The notes: generated by a model not told the origin, from the letters alone. A stretch of DNA of 64,000 nt from Acidimicrobiia bacterium (GCA_041747375.1 JBGTFH010000050.1:10955-74954), one strand, 5' to 3'. Shown: positions 46,992-57,186, counted from the stretch's first letter. Numbers and translations: made by a program.

Positions 46992-47921
46992 CTATCGGTA
47001 CATCCGGACCAGCTGGTCGCCCAATTGTTCAACCCGGGCGGCAACCTCCGCACCCTCCTTGAGTTTGGCCGCGCCTCCGAGGCGGAGCAGGAGGCGAGCG
47101 GGCAGCTCGGCATCGGGCGACGAAAATCGTATCGTGGTGGCCCTCGCTGTTTCCTTTACGACTTCCACCGGGTAGTACTCGAGAACCCAGCGAGACTGTG
47201 GCGACAGCTCGATGACGGCACTGATGTCACCGTCTGACGGCGTGTAACCGACACCCGGTTCTGGAAGCTGGGGAGGGGGCACGAAAGTGTCGGGGAGCAC
47301 TGTGATGTCTTTGATTCGATCGATCCGGAACGTCCGTGAGTCATCAACCATCCGGCAGTGTCCGATGACATACCAGTTGCCCAGGGTCGTGAACACCGTC
47401 CACGGTTCGATGGTCCTCGTCGTCGTCTCTTCACGACTCAGCGATCGATAAGTTATCTCCACCGCATTAAGGCTCTTCGCAGCACCACGTAGCGCCCGAA
47501 CCTCGTCGGAGACTGCCGCAAGGTCGACCTCGAGAGCATCGCCGGCCTCTGGCAACAACACCGCTGTCAGCTTCTTTATCGCCGAGTCGAGCGCTTCGGT
47601 GCCCTGCCCCGAAGCTGCGACCGCGAGAGCCGCCGATAGGAGGCCGAGGGCCTCCGTTGAGGTGAGTCGGGGGGCACGGGAAAAGTAGTCGGCGGAGTCG
47701 ATCACCACCTCGTCCTCGTCGATATAGGCCTCCATGAGATCACCGGGGCCGTATCCGGGTAGTCCGCAGACGAACACGGAATTGAGATCGCGAGAGAGTT
47801 CGGCCAGGGTGTATCCGAAGCGCTCCATGACCTCATCGACTTCGACTCCGGGATTTGCCAGTACGTAAGGGATCAGGGCGAGGATCCGTGACAGCCGGGA
47901 GACTGTGCGATTGGCGCTCAC
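46992..47921 (-). CDS. pafC: WYL-domain transcriptional regulator PafC
   Basis: It has an HTH plus WYL layout (NWYVIGHCR) and follows pafB. Its GTG start overlaps the pafB stop (GTGA). Confidence 0.85.
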   Translation of the reverse strand: MSANRTVSRLSRILALIPYVLANPGVEVDEVMERFGYTLAELSRDLNSVFVCGLPGYGPGDLMEAYIDEDEVVIDSADYFSRAPRLTSTEALGLLSAALAVAASGQGTEALDSAIKKLTAVLLPEAGDALEVDLAAVSDEVRALRGAAKSLNAVEITYRSLSREETTTRTIEPWTVFTTLGNWYVIGHCRMVDDSRTFRIDRIKDITVLPDTFVPPPQLPEPGVGYTPSDGDISAVIELSPQSRWVLEYYPVEVVKETARATTIRFSSPDAELPARLLLRLGGAAKLKEGAEVAARVEQLGDQLVRMYR

Positions 47922-48838
47922 AGCTTCACGCCAAGGAGGCTGGCCCCGACACGCTGGAGGATCGCCTCACGCAGGCTCTCGGGTGCGAGAACCTCGGCGC
48001 TTGGCCCGAAACTGAGGATCCATCCGATAAACGCGTCCTGATTCGACATCGGTACCGAGACTTCGAGCGGCCCTTCCTGGTGATCGATCCCCAGGGTCCG
48101 GCTTGCCCACCAGGCAACATCTGAATCGAAGCGAACAGTTGCCTCGACTTCGTCTTCCCCGCCGCTTTCCCACGGATGGGACTGGAGGAAATCTTTGGCC
48201 GAAAAACCCTTCGGCCGTTTGAAAGCCCCCGGAATGCCAACGTCCACCCCGGACATCCTGTCGACCCGATAGACCCGCTCATCGCCGTCGACCGCCCCGA
48301 TCAGATACCAATGGCCCCTCCGGTAGGCAACACCATAGGGGTTGATGGAACGATGGTTCCCGCGATACGTGAATCCGACGGGCCGGCGCTCGGATACCGC
48401 TTCGAACAGCTTTCCCAGAGCTTCACCCGCATCGCCGAGGTCGGAGCCGAAAGATTCAACTCCGGATCCACGTTCGATACCACCCAGCTTGTGGAGGCCG
48501 TCGACACCGGCAAAAGAGCCTCCGAGTCGGACCATCCGTGCCGCGAGGGAAAGTGCGGCTTTCTCTTCGTCACTCAGTCCCGGGTCGCCGATGGCGTACT
48601 GATCCGGGTCCACCGAGTAGCCGAAGTCGACCTCCCAGCCATCGAGGGCAACGAGTTCGAGTGGCACTCCGAGGTCGCGGAGCACGTTCTTGTCTCTCTC
48701 GAACATCCGGTGAAACGCTTCGTCGCTGTCGGTTGAATATCCCGGGACCGTCTGTCGGATGTCCTCGGCGGTTACCGGACGCGGCGACTCCAACAAGAAA
48801 ATAAGTACGTTGAGCACCCGCTCGATGACATTTTGCAT
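47918..48838 (-). CDS. pafB: WYL-domain transcriptional regulator PafB
   Basis: The start is chosen at ATG 48838 (MQNVIERVLNVLIFLL...FHRMFERDKNVLRDLGVPLE), which matches the usual PafB N-terminus. The frame stays open upstream through a G-rich repeat to TTG 49117. Confidence 0.8.
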   Translation of the reverse strand: MQNVIERVLNVLIFLLESPRPVTAEDIRQTVPGYSTDSDEAFHRMFERDKNVLRDLGVPLELVALDGWEVDFGYSVDPDQYAIGDPGLSDEEKAALSLAARMVRLGGSFAGVDGLHKLGGIERGSGVESFGSDLGDAGEALGKLFEAVSERRPVGFTYRGNHRSINPYGVAYRRGHWYLIGAVDGDERVYRVDRMSGVDVGIPGAFKRPKGFSAKDFLQSHPWESGGEDEVEATVRFDSDVAWWASRTLGIDHQEGPLEVSVPMSNQDAFIGWILSFGPSAEVLAPESLREAILQRVGASLLGVKL

Positions 48839-48900
48839 TCGGAGCGGATTGTATCCCCGACTCGGTATTCGTCCCGGCACACTTCGCCACCATTTGGTCT

Positions 48901-49027
48901 TTCCCCCACGTTTTTCCCCCACGTTGTTCCCCTCTGGTCCTTCCCCCTCCGGCACTCCCCCCTCCGGCACTCCCCCCTCTGGTTCTTCCCCCACGTTGTT
49001 CCCCTCCGGTTCTTCCCCCTCCGGGGG
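48901..49027 (-). repeat. degenerate tandem repeat, G-rich on the sense (minus) strand: nine runs of 4-6 G
   Basis: A 39-nt unit occurs at 48914-48952 and 48986-49024 with 3 mismatches. These two copies flank two 15-nt units (cactcccccctc[c/t]gg) at 48953-48982. A partial unit lies at 48901-48912. Confidence 0.85.
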
Positions 49028-49033
49028 AAGTGG

Positions 49034-49057
49034 GACCGGGTCCGAAAGGACCCGGTC
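49034..49057 (-). other. perfect 10-bp hairpin with tetraloop in pafA-pafB spacer
   Basis: On the plus strand it reads GACCGGGTCC-gaaa-GGACCCGGTC; the loop is UUUC on the sense strand. Confidence 0.7.
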
Positions 49058-49124
49058 TCGAAGGGGGACGTGAGCACCACCGAAGCCGTTGCCCGAGGGT
49101 TCTGGGGGCGTAACCAACCCCTCC

Positions 49125-49166
49125 GACGATCCCCAACGGGATCGCCACCTCCCCTCAAAGGGGAGG
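49125..49166 (-). other. two abutting hairpins about 35 nt downstream of the pafA stop
   Basis: The hairpins are CCTCCCC-tcaaa-GGGGAGG (49148-49166) and GaCGATCCC-caac-GGGATCGcC (49125-49146). No U-tract follows on the sense strand. Confidence 0.6.
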
Positions 49167-49200
49167 AAATGTGGCCCATGGGTCGATACAGAAGAAGCGG

Positions 49201-50556
49201 CTACAGGCTCTCGATCAGCTTGTCGACACGCTCGTCGAAGGCTTTGAACGGGTCTTTACACATCACCGTGCGTTGGGCCTGGTCGTTGAGTTTGAGGTGT
49301 ACCCAATCGACCGTGAAATCGCGCTTTTTCGCTTTTGCGGCCTTGATGAATTCACCGCGAAGACGGGCCCTTGTGGTCTGGGGTGGCTTGCGAACTGCCT
49401 CGGCAATTCTTTCGTCGGTAACGACCCGGTCCATCATCCCCTTGTCCTGCAGGAGATAGAAGAGGCCGCGGGACCTGTCGACGTCGTGGTAGGCGAGGTC
49501 CATCATCGCCAGACGCGGATCCGACATTTGAAGACCGCGACGGTCGGCGTACCTCTCCAGGAGTCGGAACTTGGCAACCCAGTCGACTTCCCGGTCCAAC
49601 GTCATAGGGTCTTTCTCCAGGCCTGTGAGAAGATGCTCCCAGCGGTCGACCGCCGCCTTCACCTGGGGCGGAAATCCGGGGCTTCTCGAATACCGCATCG
49701 CCCGATCCAGATACTCCCACTGGATGTCGAGGGCGGACAACTCCCGTCCATTGGTCAAGCGGATCAGTCTCCGACAGGTGGGGTCGTGGGCGATTTCACG
49801 AATCGCACGGATCGGGTTCTCCAAGCTCAGGTCGCGGAAGACCACTTCACTCTCGATCATCTGCAGCAGGGCGACCATTGTCCCGATCTTCACAAACGAT
49901 GCGTACTCGCTCATGTTCGAGTCTCCAGCGATGACGTGGAGCCTCCGATACCGCTCGGCATCGGCATGTGGCTCATCCCGCGTGTTGATGATTGGCCGCG
50001 ACCTCGTCGTCGCCGACGAGACCCCCTCCCAGATATGGTCGGCACGTTGGGAGATGGAGTATGTGGTGCCGCGCGGGGTTTGGGTCAACTTTCCCGCCCC
50101 GAGGAAAATCTGTCTGGTGACCAGAAACGGGATGAGCACCTCAACCGTCCGATGGAAGTCTTTATGTCTGCTCACCAGGTAGTTCTCGTGGCAACCGTAG
50201 GAATTGCCCGCCGAGTCGGTGTTGTTCTTGAAGACGAAGATCTCGCCTCGAATCCCTTCTTCTTCGAGACGCTCTTCAGCACCTTGAACGAGACCTTCGA
50301 GAATGCGCTCCCCCGCCTTGTCGTGTGCCACCACATCGAAGAGGTCGTCACACTCCGGAGTTGCAAACTCGGGGTGAGAGCCCACGTCGAGATAGAGTCG
50401 GGCGCCGTTCTCGAGAAAGACATTGGAACTCCGGCCCCATGAAACCACCCGGCGAAACAAGTAGCGGGCCACTTCGTCGGGACTGAGCCGGCGTTGGCCG
50501 CGCAGAGTACAGGTCACTCCGTACTCGTTCTCCAGCCCAAAGATCCTGCGGTCCAC
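49201..50556 (-). CDS. pafA: Pup--protein ligase
   Basis: [14 protein letters not shown] is a PafA N-terminus. The product is 451 aa. Confidence 0.92.
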   Translation of the reverse strand: MDRRIFGLENEYGVTCTLRGQRRLSPDEVARYLFRRVVSWGRSSNVFLENGARLYLDVGSHPEFATPECDDLFDVVAHDKAGERILEGLVQGAEERLEEEGIRGEIFVFKNNTDSAGNSYGCHENYLVSRHKDFHRTVEVLIPFLVTRQIFLGAGKLTQTPRGTTYSISQRADHIWEGVSSATTRSRPIINTRDEPHADAERYRRLHVIAGDSNMSEYASFVKIGTMVALLQMIESEVVFRDLSLENPIRAIREIAHDPTCRRLIRLTNGRELSALDIQWEYLDRAMRYSRSPGFPPQVKAAVDRWEHLLTGLEKDPMTLDREVDWVAKFRLLERYADRRGLQMSDPRLAMMDLAYHDVDRSRGLFYLLQDKGMMDRVVTDERIAEAVRKPPQTTRARLRGEFIKAAKAKKRDFTVDWVHLKLNDQAQRTVMCKDPFKAFDERVDKLIESL

Positions 50557-50580
50557 CCCAGCAGGCTAAACCAACCTAGG

Positions 50581-51270
50581 TCATTCGGAAGTAGATGTTC
50601 CCTTTATCTCGGGTAGGGCATCGGGGCTGAGACGACGAAAGGCACGTCGACCGTTCGAGTTGTCGAGGACAGCCACCTCCCACCCCTCAGAGTCGCGGCC
50701 TTCGGCCCGACGGAAGGCGTCGACACCGGCGAGGAAGGCATCATCGAAACTCATCCCCGGTGACCAGAGTTCGCCGAGAGCCTCCTCGAGTTGTTCCGAC
50801 TTGCCTCCGATCGCCACAAAATTCCGCTCGTCGTAGAGAGTGCCGTCGTAGGTAATCCGGAAAAGACGATGCTCAGACCCATCCTGGGAAATTTCGGCAA
50901 GGAGCAATTCGACTTCGAACGGTTTCGGGTCCCGGGTGAAGATGATTCCCATGGTCTGAGCGAATTGCGTCGCCAGGCCCATGGCAGTGACGTCTTCGCG
51001 CGAATAGAGGTACCCCATCAGGTCGGCCTGGCGAATTCCGGCTTTGCGCAAAGTCTCGAATTCGTTGTACTTCCCCACGCCGGCGAAGGCAATCCGATCG
51101 TAGACCTCGGAGATCTTATGGAGGGCTGTAGACGGGTTCTCCGCCATCAACAGGACGCCGTCGCCGTAATCGGCGGCGACAATCGAGCGGCCGCGGGCGA
51201 TGCCCTTGCGCGCAAACTCGGCCTTGTCCCGGACCAGCTGTTCCGGGGCGACATAGAACGGGATGGTCAT
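50581..51270 (-). CDS. prcA: 20S proteasome alpha subunit
   Basis: 229 aa with the [13 protein letters not shown]-terminus. Its ATG overlaps the prcB stop (ATGA). Confidence 0.9.
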   Translation of the reverse strand: MTIPFYVAPEQLVRDKAEFARKGIARGRSIVAADYGDGVLLMAENPSTALHKISEVYDRIAFAGVGKYNEFETLRKAGIRQADLMGYLYSREDVTAMGLATQFAQTMGIIFTRDPKPFEVELLLAEISQDGSEHRLFRITYDGTLYDERNFVAIGGKSEQLEEALGELWSPGMSFDDAFLAGVDAFRRAEGRDSEGWEVAVLDNSNGRRAFRRLSPDALPEIKGTSTSE

Positions 51271-52061
51271 CGGATGCTTTCCACGGCCACCTCGGCCAGA
51301 GCTGCAACGACCTCGTCGCTCAACTCTTCGAGACCATCGGCGTCAATTCTGACCACGGTTGGATAGATCCCACGTTTGAGGTCGGGGCCACCTGTGGCGG
51401 TGTCTTCCTGGGAGGCCGACACCAAAGCTCTGACCGCGAAGTCAGCCGCCTGGTCGGCGCTCAGATCGTCTTCGAAAACGGTGCGGAGATAGGACTTGGC
51501 GAGACGCGCACCAGATCCGGTGCTACCGAAGTCGATCTCCTCGTATCGTCCCCCGACCACGTCATAGCTGTACAAACGCCCGATCTGATCGGAATGGTCG
51601 TAGCCGGCGAACATGGGGACAACCACTAGACCCTGGAAGGCCATCGGCAATTGGTTTCTAACCAGACGGGCGAGAAATGACGCCTTGCCTTCCAGCGAAA
51701 GACGAACACCCTCGATTTTCTCGTAGTGCTCCAACTCGACCTGGAACAGGCGAACCATATCGATGGCCAGACCGGCGGTACCGGCGATTGCCACCGCGGA
51801 ATATTTGTCGGCGGCGAAAACTTTCCGGATCCGCCGGTGGGCAACGAGATGACCCTCGGTGGCTCTGCGGTCGCCTGCCATAACCACCCCGTCCTTGAAT
51901 CGGAGTGCCAGGACCGTTGTCCCCTCAGGCGCTGCGGGTGGCTTTTCGCCGACCCCGAAGTTCATGGTCGGTAACGCTCCCATCGAATCGAGCAAATCGG
52001 TGAAGCTGGATCCAGGCAATGGTGCGTCCATAGGTAGGGGCAGACTGGGGGGAGTTATCAC
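51267..52061 (-). CDS. prcB: 20S proteasome beta subunit (with propeptide)
   Basis: It has a propeptide followed by [20 protein letters not shown], the catalytic Thr1 context. Its GTG start overlaps the pup stop (GTGA). Confidence 0.9.
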   Translation of the reverse strand: MITPPSLPLPMDAPLPGSSFTDLLDSMGALPTMNFGVGEKPPAAPEGTTVLALRFKDGVVMAGDRRATEGHLVAHRRIRKVFAADKYSAVAIAGTAGLAIDMVRLFQVELEHYEKIEGVRLSLEGKASFLARLVRNQLPMAFQGLVVVPMFAGYDHSDQIGRLYSYDVVGGRYEEIDFGSTGSGARLAKSYLRTVFEDDLSADQAADFAVRALVSASQEDTATGGPDLKRGIYPTVVRIDADGLEELSDEVVAALAEVAVESIR

Positions 52062-52246
52062 TCTCCACCTTTCTGCACATAGTTTTTGACGAATTCTTCG
52101 GCGTTTTCCTCGAGAACCTCGTCGATTTCGTCGAGGAGATCGTCCAGTGCCTCGAGATCGGTTTCGCTATTGGCAGCGGCTTCTCCGCTTTCGGCCTGTT
52201 CGTCCGAAGTCGACTTCTTTTCCTTGGAACGTTCACGGTCTGACAT
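52058..52246 (-). CDS. pup: prokaryotic ubiquitin-like protein Pup (C-terminal GGE)
   Basis: 62 aa and acidic, ending ...[13 protein letters not shown]. Confidence 0.92.
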   Translation of the reverse strand: MSDRERSKEKKSTSDEQAESGEAAANSETDLEALDDLLDEIDEVLEENAEEFVKNYVQKGGE

Positions 52247-52254
52247 TTTGATAT

Positions 52255-53724
52255 TTACCCTTCCAACCGCCTGAGCAGTTCTGCAGCGTCCTCAGATTCT
52301 TCGATGATCGTACCGACGAGAGCGGCATCACCCCGCAACGGTTCCATCATAGGAACCCGCTTGAGATGCGGTTCCCCTACATCAAAAACGAGGGAGTCCC
52401 AGTTGGCGGCGACCACGGACTTGCTGAACTTGTCAACACACCGCCCACGGAAATATGCCCGGGTCCGCTCTGGAGGGTTAACGGCCGCACGTGCGATCTC
52501 TTCGTCGGTGAAGAGTCGGCGAAATCCGCCGCGGGCGTTGATGCGGTTATAAAGGCCCTTGACAGGGTCGACATCATGATATTGGAGATCGAGCGCCCTC
52601 AGTTTCGAACTGGTGAGGTCGAGGCCGTCCCGATCGGCATATCCCTCGAAGATGCGGCGTTTGGCAACCCAGTCGAGGGTGTCGGCCAGGGACATGACGT
52701 CATTTTCCAGGCCGTCGAGCACCCGCGCCCACTCTTCGATGAGCTGATTCCAAACGGGATCGTCGAGTTCCTTCTCCACGTACTTGGATAGCCATTCGAG
52801 ATACCGACCCTGAATTTCCAGAGCGGTCGCAGTTCCGCCACCGTCGAGATCGATGGCACCGGTCATCGAGGTGTCATGACTCACCCGCCAGCAGGCGTCG
52901 ACGGGATCGGCCAGGTCGAGCGGATCTGGGATCGCGCCGTCTTCGAGTGCGGCCAGCATCAGCGCTGTCGTCCCGACCTTGAGAAAATTCTGTACCTCAG
53001 ACAGGTTGGCATCACCGATGATGACGTGGAGCCGCCGGTATCGGGACGGGTCTCCGTGGGGTTCGTCCCGGGTATTTATGATCGGCCGTTTCAAGGTGGT
53101 CTCGAGACCCACTTCTTCCTCGAAGAAGTCAGCGCGCTGGGTTATCTGGAAATCGACGTCCGGCCGATCGTTCTCCGACCCGATCTTGCCGGCACCGGTG
53201 AAGATCTGACGGGTGACCAAAAAGGTCATCGCATAACGGATGATGTCGCCGAAGGGAGTCTCCCGCGACATCAGATAATTCTCATGCGCTCCGTAGGAGT
53301 TTCCCTTTCCGTCTGAGTTGTTCTTGTAGAGCGAGATGTGCTTGCCCCCGCCCTCCAGGGCGGCTGCAACGGCCGACCTCATCACATATTCGCCCACCTT
53401 GTCGTAGAGAGCAGCCTCGAGTGGGTCGTAGCATTCGGGCCCGGAGTACTCCGGATGGGCGTGGTCGACATAGAGCCGGGCACCGTTGGCCAGGACGGAG
53501 TTGACCACCGCACCCTCAGGATCGAGGGGGCCATACGTCTCATGGCCAAAACCTCGTGCGTCACGGCCCGGCGACTCCTCCTCGTACGACCATTGCACCC
53601 GCACCCGCCTACCCGGATATGAGTTCACCACGAGTGAAGAGGCGACGGCCGGGTTGAATCCCGGTTCCCCACGGACTGTTATCCCATATTCGGTCTCGGT
53701 GCCGAGGACCTTGTGGAGCGCCAT
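52255..53724 (-). CDS. dop: depupylase/deamidase Dop
   Basis: [10 protein letters not shown] is a Dop N-terminus and the protein is a PafA paralogue. Its ATG overlaps the arc/mpa stop by 1 nt. Confidence 0.9.
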   Translation of the reverse strand: MALHKVLGTETEYGITVRGEPGFNPAVASSLVVNSYPGRRVRVQWSYEEESPGRDARGFGHETYGPLDPEGAVVNSVLANGARLYVDHAHPEYSGPECYDPLEAALYDKVGEYVMRSAVAAALEGGGKHISLYKNNSDGKGNSYGAHENYLMSRETPFGDIIRYAMTFLVTRQIFTGAGKIGSENDRPDVDFQITQRADFFEEEVGLETTLKRPIINTRDEPHGDPSRYRRLHVIIGDANLSEVQNFLKVGTTALMLAALEDGAIPDPLDLADPVDACWRVSHDTSMTGAIDLDGGGTATALEIQGRYLEWLSKYVEKELDDPVWNQLIEEWARVLDGLENDVMSLADTLDWVAKRRIFEGYADRDGLDLTSSKLRALDLQYHDVDPVKGLYNRINARGGFRRLFTDEEIARAAVNPPERTRAYFRGRCVDKFSKSVVAANWDSLVFDVGEPHLKRVPMMEPLRGDAALVGTIIEESEDAAELLRRLEG

Positions 53725-55451
53725 CAGAGGTATTGGCCGCCCGAGACCTTCTCGATTTGCCGGCTCTCGTCATCGCCGCCGACAAGGGTTCGGACATAGA
53801 CGATCCGCTCTCCCTTTTTGCCGGAAATCTTGGCCCAATCATCGGGGTTGGTTGTGTTGGGCAGGTCTTCTTGTTCGCGGAATTCCTGTTTGATGGCCAC
53901 GACGAGATCGCTCTGGCTCACTCCGCTCTCACCGTCGGCAATTTGCCGCTTGATCGCGTCTTTTTTCGCCCGGCGGACGATGTTCTCGATCATCGCACCT
54001 GATGCAAAGTCTTTGAAGTAGAGGACCTCACGGTCGCCACCGGCGTAGGTGACCTCGAGGAAGCGGTTCTCGTCTTCCTCCGAATACATGTGCTCGACGG
54101 TGACCTCGATCATCTCTTTGATATAGGCAGCGCGATCTCCTCCGTGGGCCTCCAGACCACCCTTATCCAGGGGCGTGTTCATCGACAGGAAAATGCCGAA
54201 GATCTCACGTGCCGCTTCCGGCTCAGGCCGATTGATCTTGATCTTCACATCGAGGCGCCCGGGTCGCAGAATCGCCGGGTCGATCAGATCCTCGCGATTG
54301 GAGGCGCCAATCACCACCACGTTTTTCAACGCTTCCACGCCGTCGAGTTCGGAGAGGAGTTGGGGAACGATGGTGGATTCCACATCCGAGCTGATCCCCG
54401 TGCCCCTGGTTCGGAAGAGCGAATCCATCTCGTCGAAGAAAACGATCACCGGGACGCCCTCGTCAGCCTTTTCCTTGGCCCGTTGGAAAATCATGCGAAT
54501 TTGCCGCTCTGTTTCACCAACCCACTTGTTGAGGAGTTCCGGCCCTTTGATGTTGAGGAAATAGGACCGAACATCAGGATTGCCGGTGCGTTCGGAGACC
54601 TTCTTGGCAAGGCTGTTGGCCACCGCCTTCGCTATCAGTGTCTTCCCGCACCCCGGTGGCCCGTAAAGGAGGATTCCCTTTGGCGGTTCTAACTCATATT
54701 CCCTGAAAAGGTCGCGATGCAGGTAGGGAAGCTCGACGGTGTCACGGATTTGCTCGATCTGTTCGGCGAGCCCGCCGACCTGGGCGTAGGTGACATCCGG
54801 CACTTCTTCGAGGACCAGTTCTTCGACCTCCGGCCGCTCCATCTTCTCGAGGATGAGCCTGGTCTTCGAATCGACGCGTACATAGTCGCCAGGACGGAGA
54901 AACACATCCTTCATCTCGTCGGATCGACTGAGCACGCTCTCCTCGTCGGCGCGGGCGGTGACCACAACGCGGGAGTCGTCCAGGACCTCTCTGATCCGAA
55001 GCACCTCTCCGGATTGCTCGAACTGGCGAACATCGATGATATTGAAGGCTTCGTTCAGGAGAATCTCCTGTCCAACCTGCAGTTGTTTGACCTCGATGCT
55101 GGGCTGCGCGGAGACCCTGAGCTTCCGGTTCCCGGTCACGACATCGACCGTACCGTCCACATTGACCTGCAACACAGTGCCGAAGTTGTTGGGCGGGGCG
55201 GTCAGCTTGTCTACTTCCTCGCGGAGAACGCCGAGTTGTTGACGCGCCTCCTCGAGGACCGCGGCCAATTTGTCGTTTTGCAGGTTTGACCGCTCCAGAC
55301 GTTCTTTGGTGCGTTCCAACTCGGTTTCCAGCTCCCGGACCCTCTCCGGAGCACCGGTGGCGCGGCGGCGAAGAATGGCTATCTCTTCCTCGAGAGCCTC
55401 CACCAGTCGACGCAATTCTGCGGCGTCGTCTTGTGTTCTTCGTTCTTCCAC
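53724..55451 (-). CDS. arc: proteasome-associated AAA ATPase (Mpa/ARC)
   Basis: It has a coiled-coil N-terminus, Walker A GPPGCGKT and the C-terminal GGQYL proteasome-docking motif. Confidence 0.92.
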   Translation of the reverse strand: MEERRTQDDAAELRRLVEALEEEIAILRRRATGAPERVRELETELERTKERLERSNLQNDKLAAVLEEARQQLGVLREEVDKLTAPPNNFGTVLQVNVDGTVDVVTGNRKLRVSAQPSIEVKQLQVGQEILLNEAFNIIDVRQFEQSGEVLRIREVLDDSRVVVTARADEESVLSRSDEMKDVFLRPGDYVRVDSKTRLILEKMERPEVEELVLEEVPDVTYAQVGGLAEQIEQIRDTVELPYLHRDLFREYELEPPKGILLYGPPGCGKTLIAKAVANSLAKKVSERTGNPDVRSYFLNIKGPELLNKWVGETERQIRMIFQRAKEKADEGVPVIVFFDEMDSLFRTRGTGISSDVESTIVPQLLSELDGVEALKNVVVIGASNREDLIDPAILRPGRLDVKIKINRPEPEAAREIFGIFLSMNTPLDKGGLEAHGGDRAAYIKEMIEVTVEHMYSEEDENRFLEVTYAGGDREVLYFKDFASGAMIENIVRRAKKDAIKRQIADGESGVSQSDLVVAIKQEFREQEDLPNTTNPDDWAKISGKKGERIVYVRTLVGGDDESRQIEKVSGGQYL

Positions 55452-55501
55452 GGGCTTCCTTCCTGGTTGGTCGCCTTTTGGCAGTATACGAATAGCCTGG
55501 T

Positions 55502-56314
55502 TTAGTTCGAGGACTTCTTGAATGGTCCGCTAAACCTGTTCTCACCCACCTTACGGGTAAACACCAGGAATCCGGTGTGACCAACCATGTTATGTTCGGG
55601 CCTGACCGATCGCCCTGAGATGTTCCAATCCCGCATCAAGACCTCGCGAACTTCGGTTTCCGCGTAAACACCCAATCTTTCGGCCGTCTCGACCAGTGTC
55701 TGAACCTGAGGCACTGTCGGGAGGTAGGCCGCCACGACACCCCCGTCTCGGAGGTGGTGACCGGATGCCTCGAGGACCCGCCATGGCTCCGGCAGGTCCA
55801 ATATCAACCGATCCGGTGCGACATCCTCGATATGATCGGCAACGTCTCCGATTCTCAGCTCCAGGTTGTCGGGCCACGAACCAAACCAGCGCTCGATTGC
55901 CTTCCTGGCGTGGGCTGAATGGTCTTCGCGTACGTCTAATGAGACCACCCTCCCACTCGGGCCGACCGCTCGGGCCAGTGCCAGAGTCAACGCCCCACTG
56001 CCGGTGCCGGCTTCGAGGACGGTCATACCAGGAGCGACATCGGCAAACATGAGAATCGGCCCGATGTCTTTCGGATACACGACCTGGGCACTCCGTTTCA
56101 TCCTGAGGATGTAATCGGCAAGCCGGGGACGGAGCAGCAACATCTCGGCCCCTGCCGACGACTGCACCCACGCCCCATCCTCGAGCCCGATCAAATCGGT
56201 GTGCGGAATATTTCCGTTGTGAAATTGAAATGTGCGTTGCGGGTCGAGCTTGAGGAGGAACTGACGACCTTTGGAGTCGATGAGGAGCGCAACGTCACCT
56301 TCGGAGAAATTCAC
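55502..56314 (-). CDS. trmI: tRNA (adenine58-N1)-methyltransferase TrmI
   Basis: It has the SAM motif [10 protein letters not shown]. The start is chosen at GTG 56314 ([19 protein letters not shown]). The Arg-rich extension to 56434 looks like an out-of-frame reading of a hydrophobic upstream ORF. Confidence 0.85.
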   Translation of the reverse strand: MNFSEGDVALLIDSKGRQFLLKLDPQRTFQFHNGNIPHTDLIGLEDGAWVQSSAGAEMLLLRPRLADYILRMKRSAQVVYPKDIGPILMFADVAPGMTVLEAGTGSGALTLALARAVGPSGRVVSLDVREDHSAHARKAIERWFGSWPDNLELRIGDVADHIEDVAPDRLILDLPEPWRVLEASGHHLRDGGVVAAYLPTVPQVQTLVETAERLGVYAETEVREVLMRDWNISGRSVRPEHNMVGHTGFLVFTRKVGENRFSGPFKKSSN

Positions 56315-56406
56315 AGAAACGCGGTGATGCCGGTCACGACGAGACCGGCCACCATGGCGATGACGACCACCCAGACGGTAATTTGTACGAACTTCTTGTT
56401 TTGCAT
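56311..56406 (-). CDS. hypothetical 31-aa hydrophobic peptide, below ORF-track cutoff
   Basis: The product is [31 protein letters not shown]. An AGGAA lies 9 nt upstream of the ATG, and the stop overlaps the proposed trmI GTG (GTGA). Confidence 0.35.
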   Translation of the reverse strand: MQNKKFVQITVWVVVIAMVAGLVVTGITAFL

Positions 56407-56442
56407 TGCCGGTTCCTGTTCTAAGGTTGTCCACGGTACAAG

Positions 56443-56715
56443 ATGGATCAGTTGTTACGCACTTTGTTCGGCACGGCCAGTATGCGCTCGCAGGGTTACG
56501 GGCGAACCCTTCGCGGGTTGAGACAGAATGACCGACGTGAGCTCATGTTGGGCCTTGCGCTCACGACTCTGGCTGTTATCCGCGACTCGAGGGGGCGAAA
56601 GGAACTGCTATTCCGGAAGAAGATTCCAGCCGGATCAGCCATTGTCATCCATCACAAGAGGCGCGGCGATCCGAAGATCGAGGTAATCAAGCCTGATAAG
56701 GCTCAGACCTTATAG
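56443..56715 (+). CDS. hypothetical basic protein (90 aa)
   Basis: It is an ATG-started ORF divergent from trmI. There is no recognisable motif and no clear SD. Confidence 0.3.
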   Translation: MDQLLRTLFGTASMRSQGYGRTLRGLRQNDRRELMLGLALTTLAVIRDSRGRKELLFRKKIPAGSAIVIHHKRRGDPKIEVIKPDKAQTL

Positions 56716-56903
56716 ACCTCTACCACGGTTTTATTGCTCTTGCCTCGACGCCGGCCGAAATAGAAAGCCGCCAAAACGACTCCGGCAACCACCACTCCGG
56801 CGATCATCGACTTCTGCTTCACAGACTCGGCGGTCTCCTCGACCGTTCCGACGATCTGACGCGCTTTTGCTTCGAGGTCATCCCTGGAGATAGTCACTAT
56901 CAA
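56703..56903 (-). CDS. hypothetical small membrane-anchored protein (66 aa)
   Basis: It has a helical N-terminus, one TM segment (MIAGVVVAGVVLAAFYF) and a basic tail. It directly follows the holin-like gene. Confidence 0.5.
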   Translation of the reverse strand: MIVTISRDDLEAKARQIVGTVEETAESVKQKSMIAGVVVAGVVLAAFYFGRRRGKSNKTVVEVYKV

Positions 56904-57186
56904 GCCTCCATCCGACTATCGCGGCTGTTCCCGCAGCTCCCACTGCGGTCAAAAACCGTGCGAGTACTACATACCATTCCGACGTTGGGAGCACCATCAG
57001 CAGGAGTGAATACAGGCCGAGCACCGCCAGAAACGCACCCAGCGAGAAAAGGACCGCGCCACCGATACCCATCCCTGCTTGTTTCCCCAGTTTTTTGGCA
57101 GGTTCGACCGTCTCTTGAAGGAGATATTCCTTCGACATCTCGATCAGATCGTTGAATTGTTGGGGAATCTCTTGGAAGTCTTTCAT
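56878..57186 (-). CDS. phage-holin-family / Holin-X-like small membrane protein (DUF1469-like)
   Basis: The start is chosen at 57186 (MKDFQEIPQQFNDLIEMSKEYL...) and the product has two TM segments. The ORF is open to 57279. Confidence 0.55.
   Translation of the reverse strand: MKDFQEIPQQFNDLIEMSKEYLLQETVEPAKKLGKQAGMGIGGAVLFSLGAFLAVLGLYSLLLMVLPTSEWYVVLARFLTAVGAAGTAAIVGWRLDSDYLQG

Noticed and set aside
48901-49027. CRISPR array
   Set aside because: The repeats are 15-39 nt, degenerate and directly abutting with no unique spacers. No cas genes are in the window.
48839-49117. PEG-repeat N-terminal extension of PafB (long ORF form 47918-49117)
   Set aside because: This is provisionally rejected as coding. 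The canonical PafB N-terminus aligns at ATG 48838. All three minus frames are open here. The extension is dominated by GGG codons, starts at TTG and would contain a perfect 10-bp hairpin. It is kept as an alternative in the findings because the repeat units are multiples of 3.
49171-50442. 423-aa plus-strand ORF opposite pafA (and similar ones: 13077-14057 opposite tdh, 54742-55584 and 54090-54692 around arc)
   Set aside because: All of these overlap confidently identified genes on the other strand and have no recognisable domains.
56878-57186. Holin gene as evidence of a prophage
   Set aside because: No endolysin, structural, integrase or repressor genes occur within at least 5 kb on either side. 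Actinobacterial Holin-X-like proteins commonly occur in chromosomal non-phage contexts.
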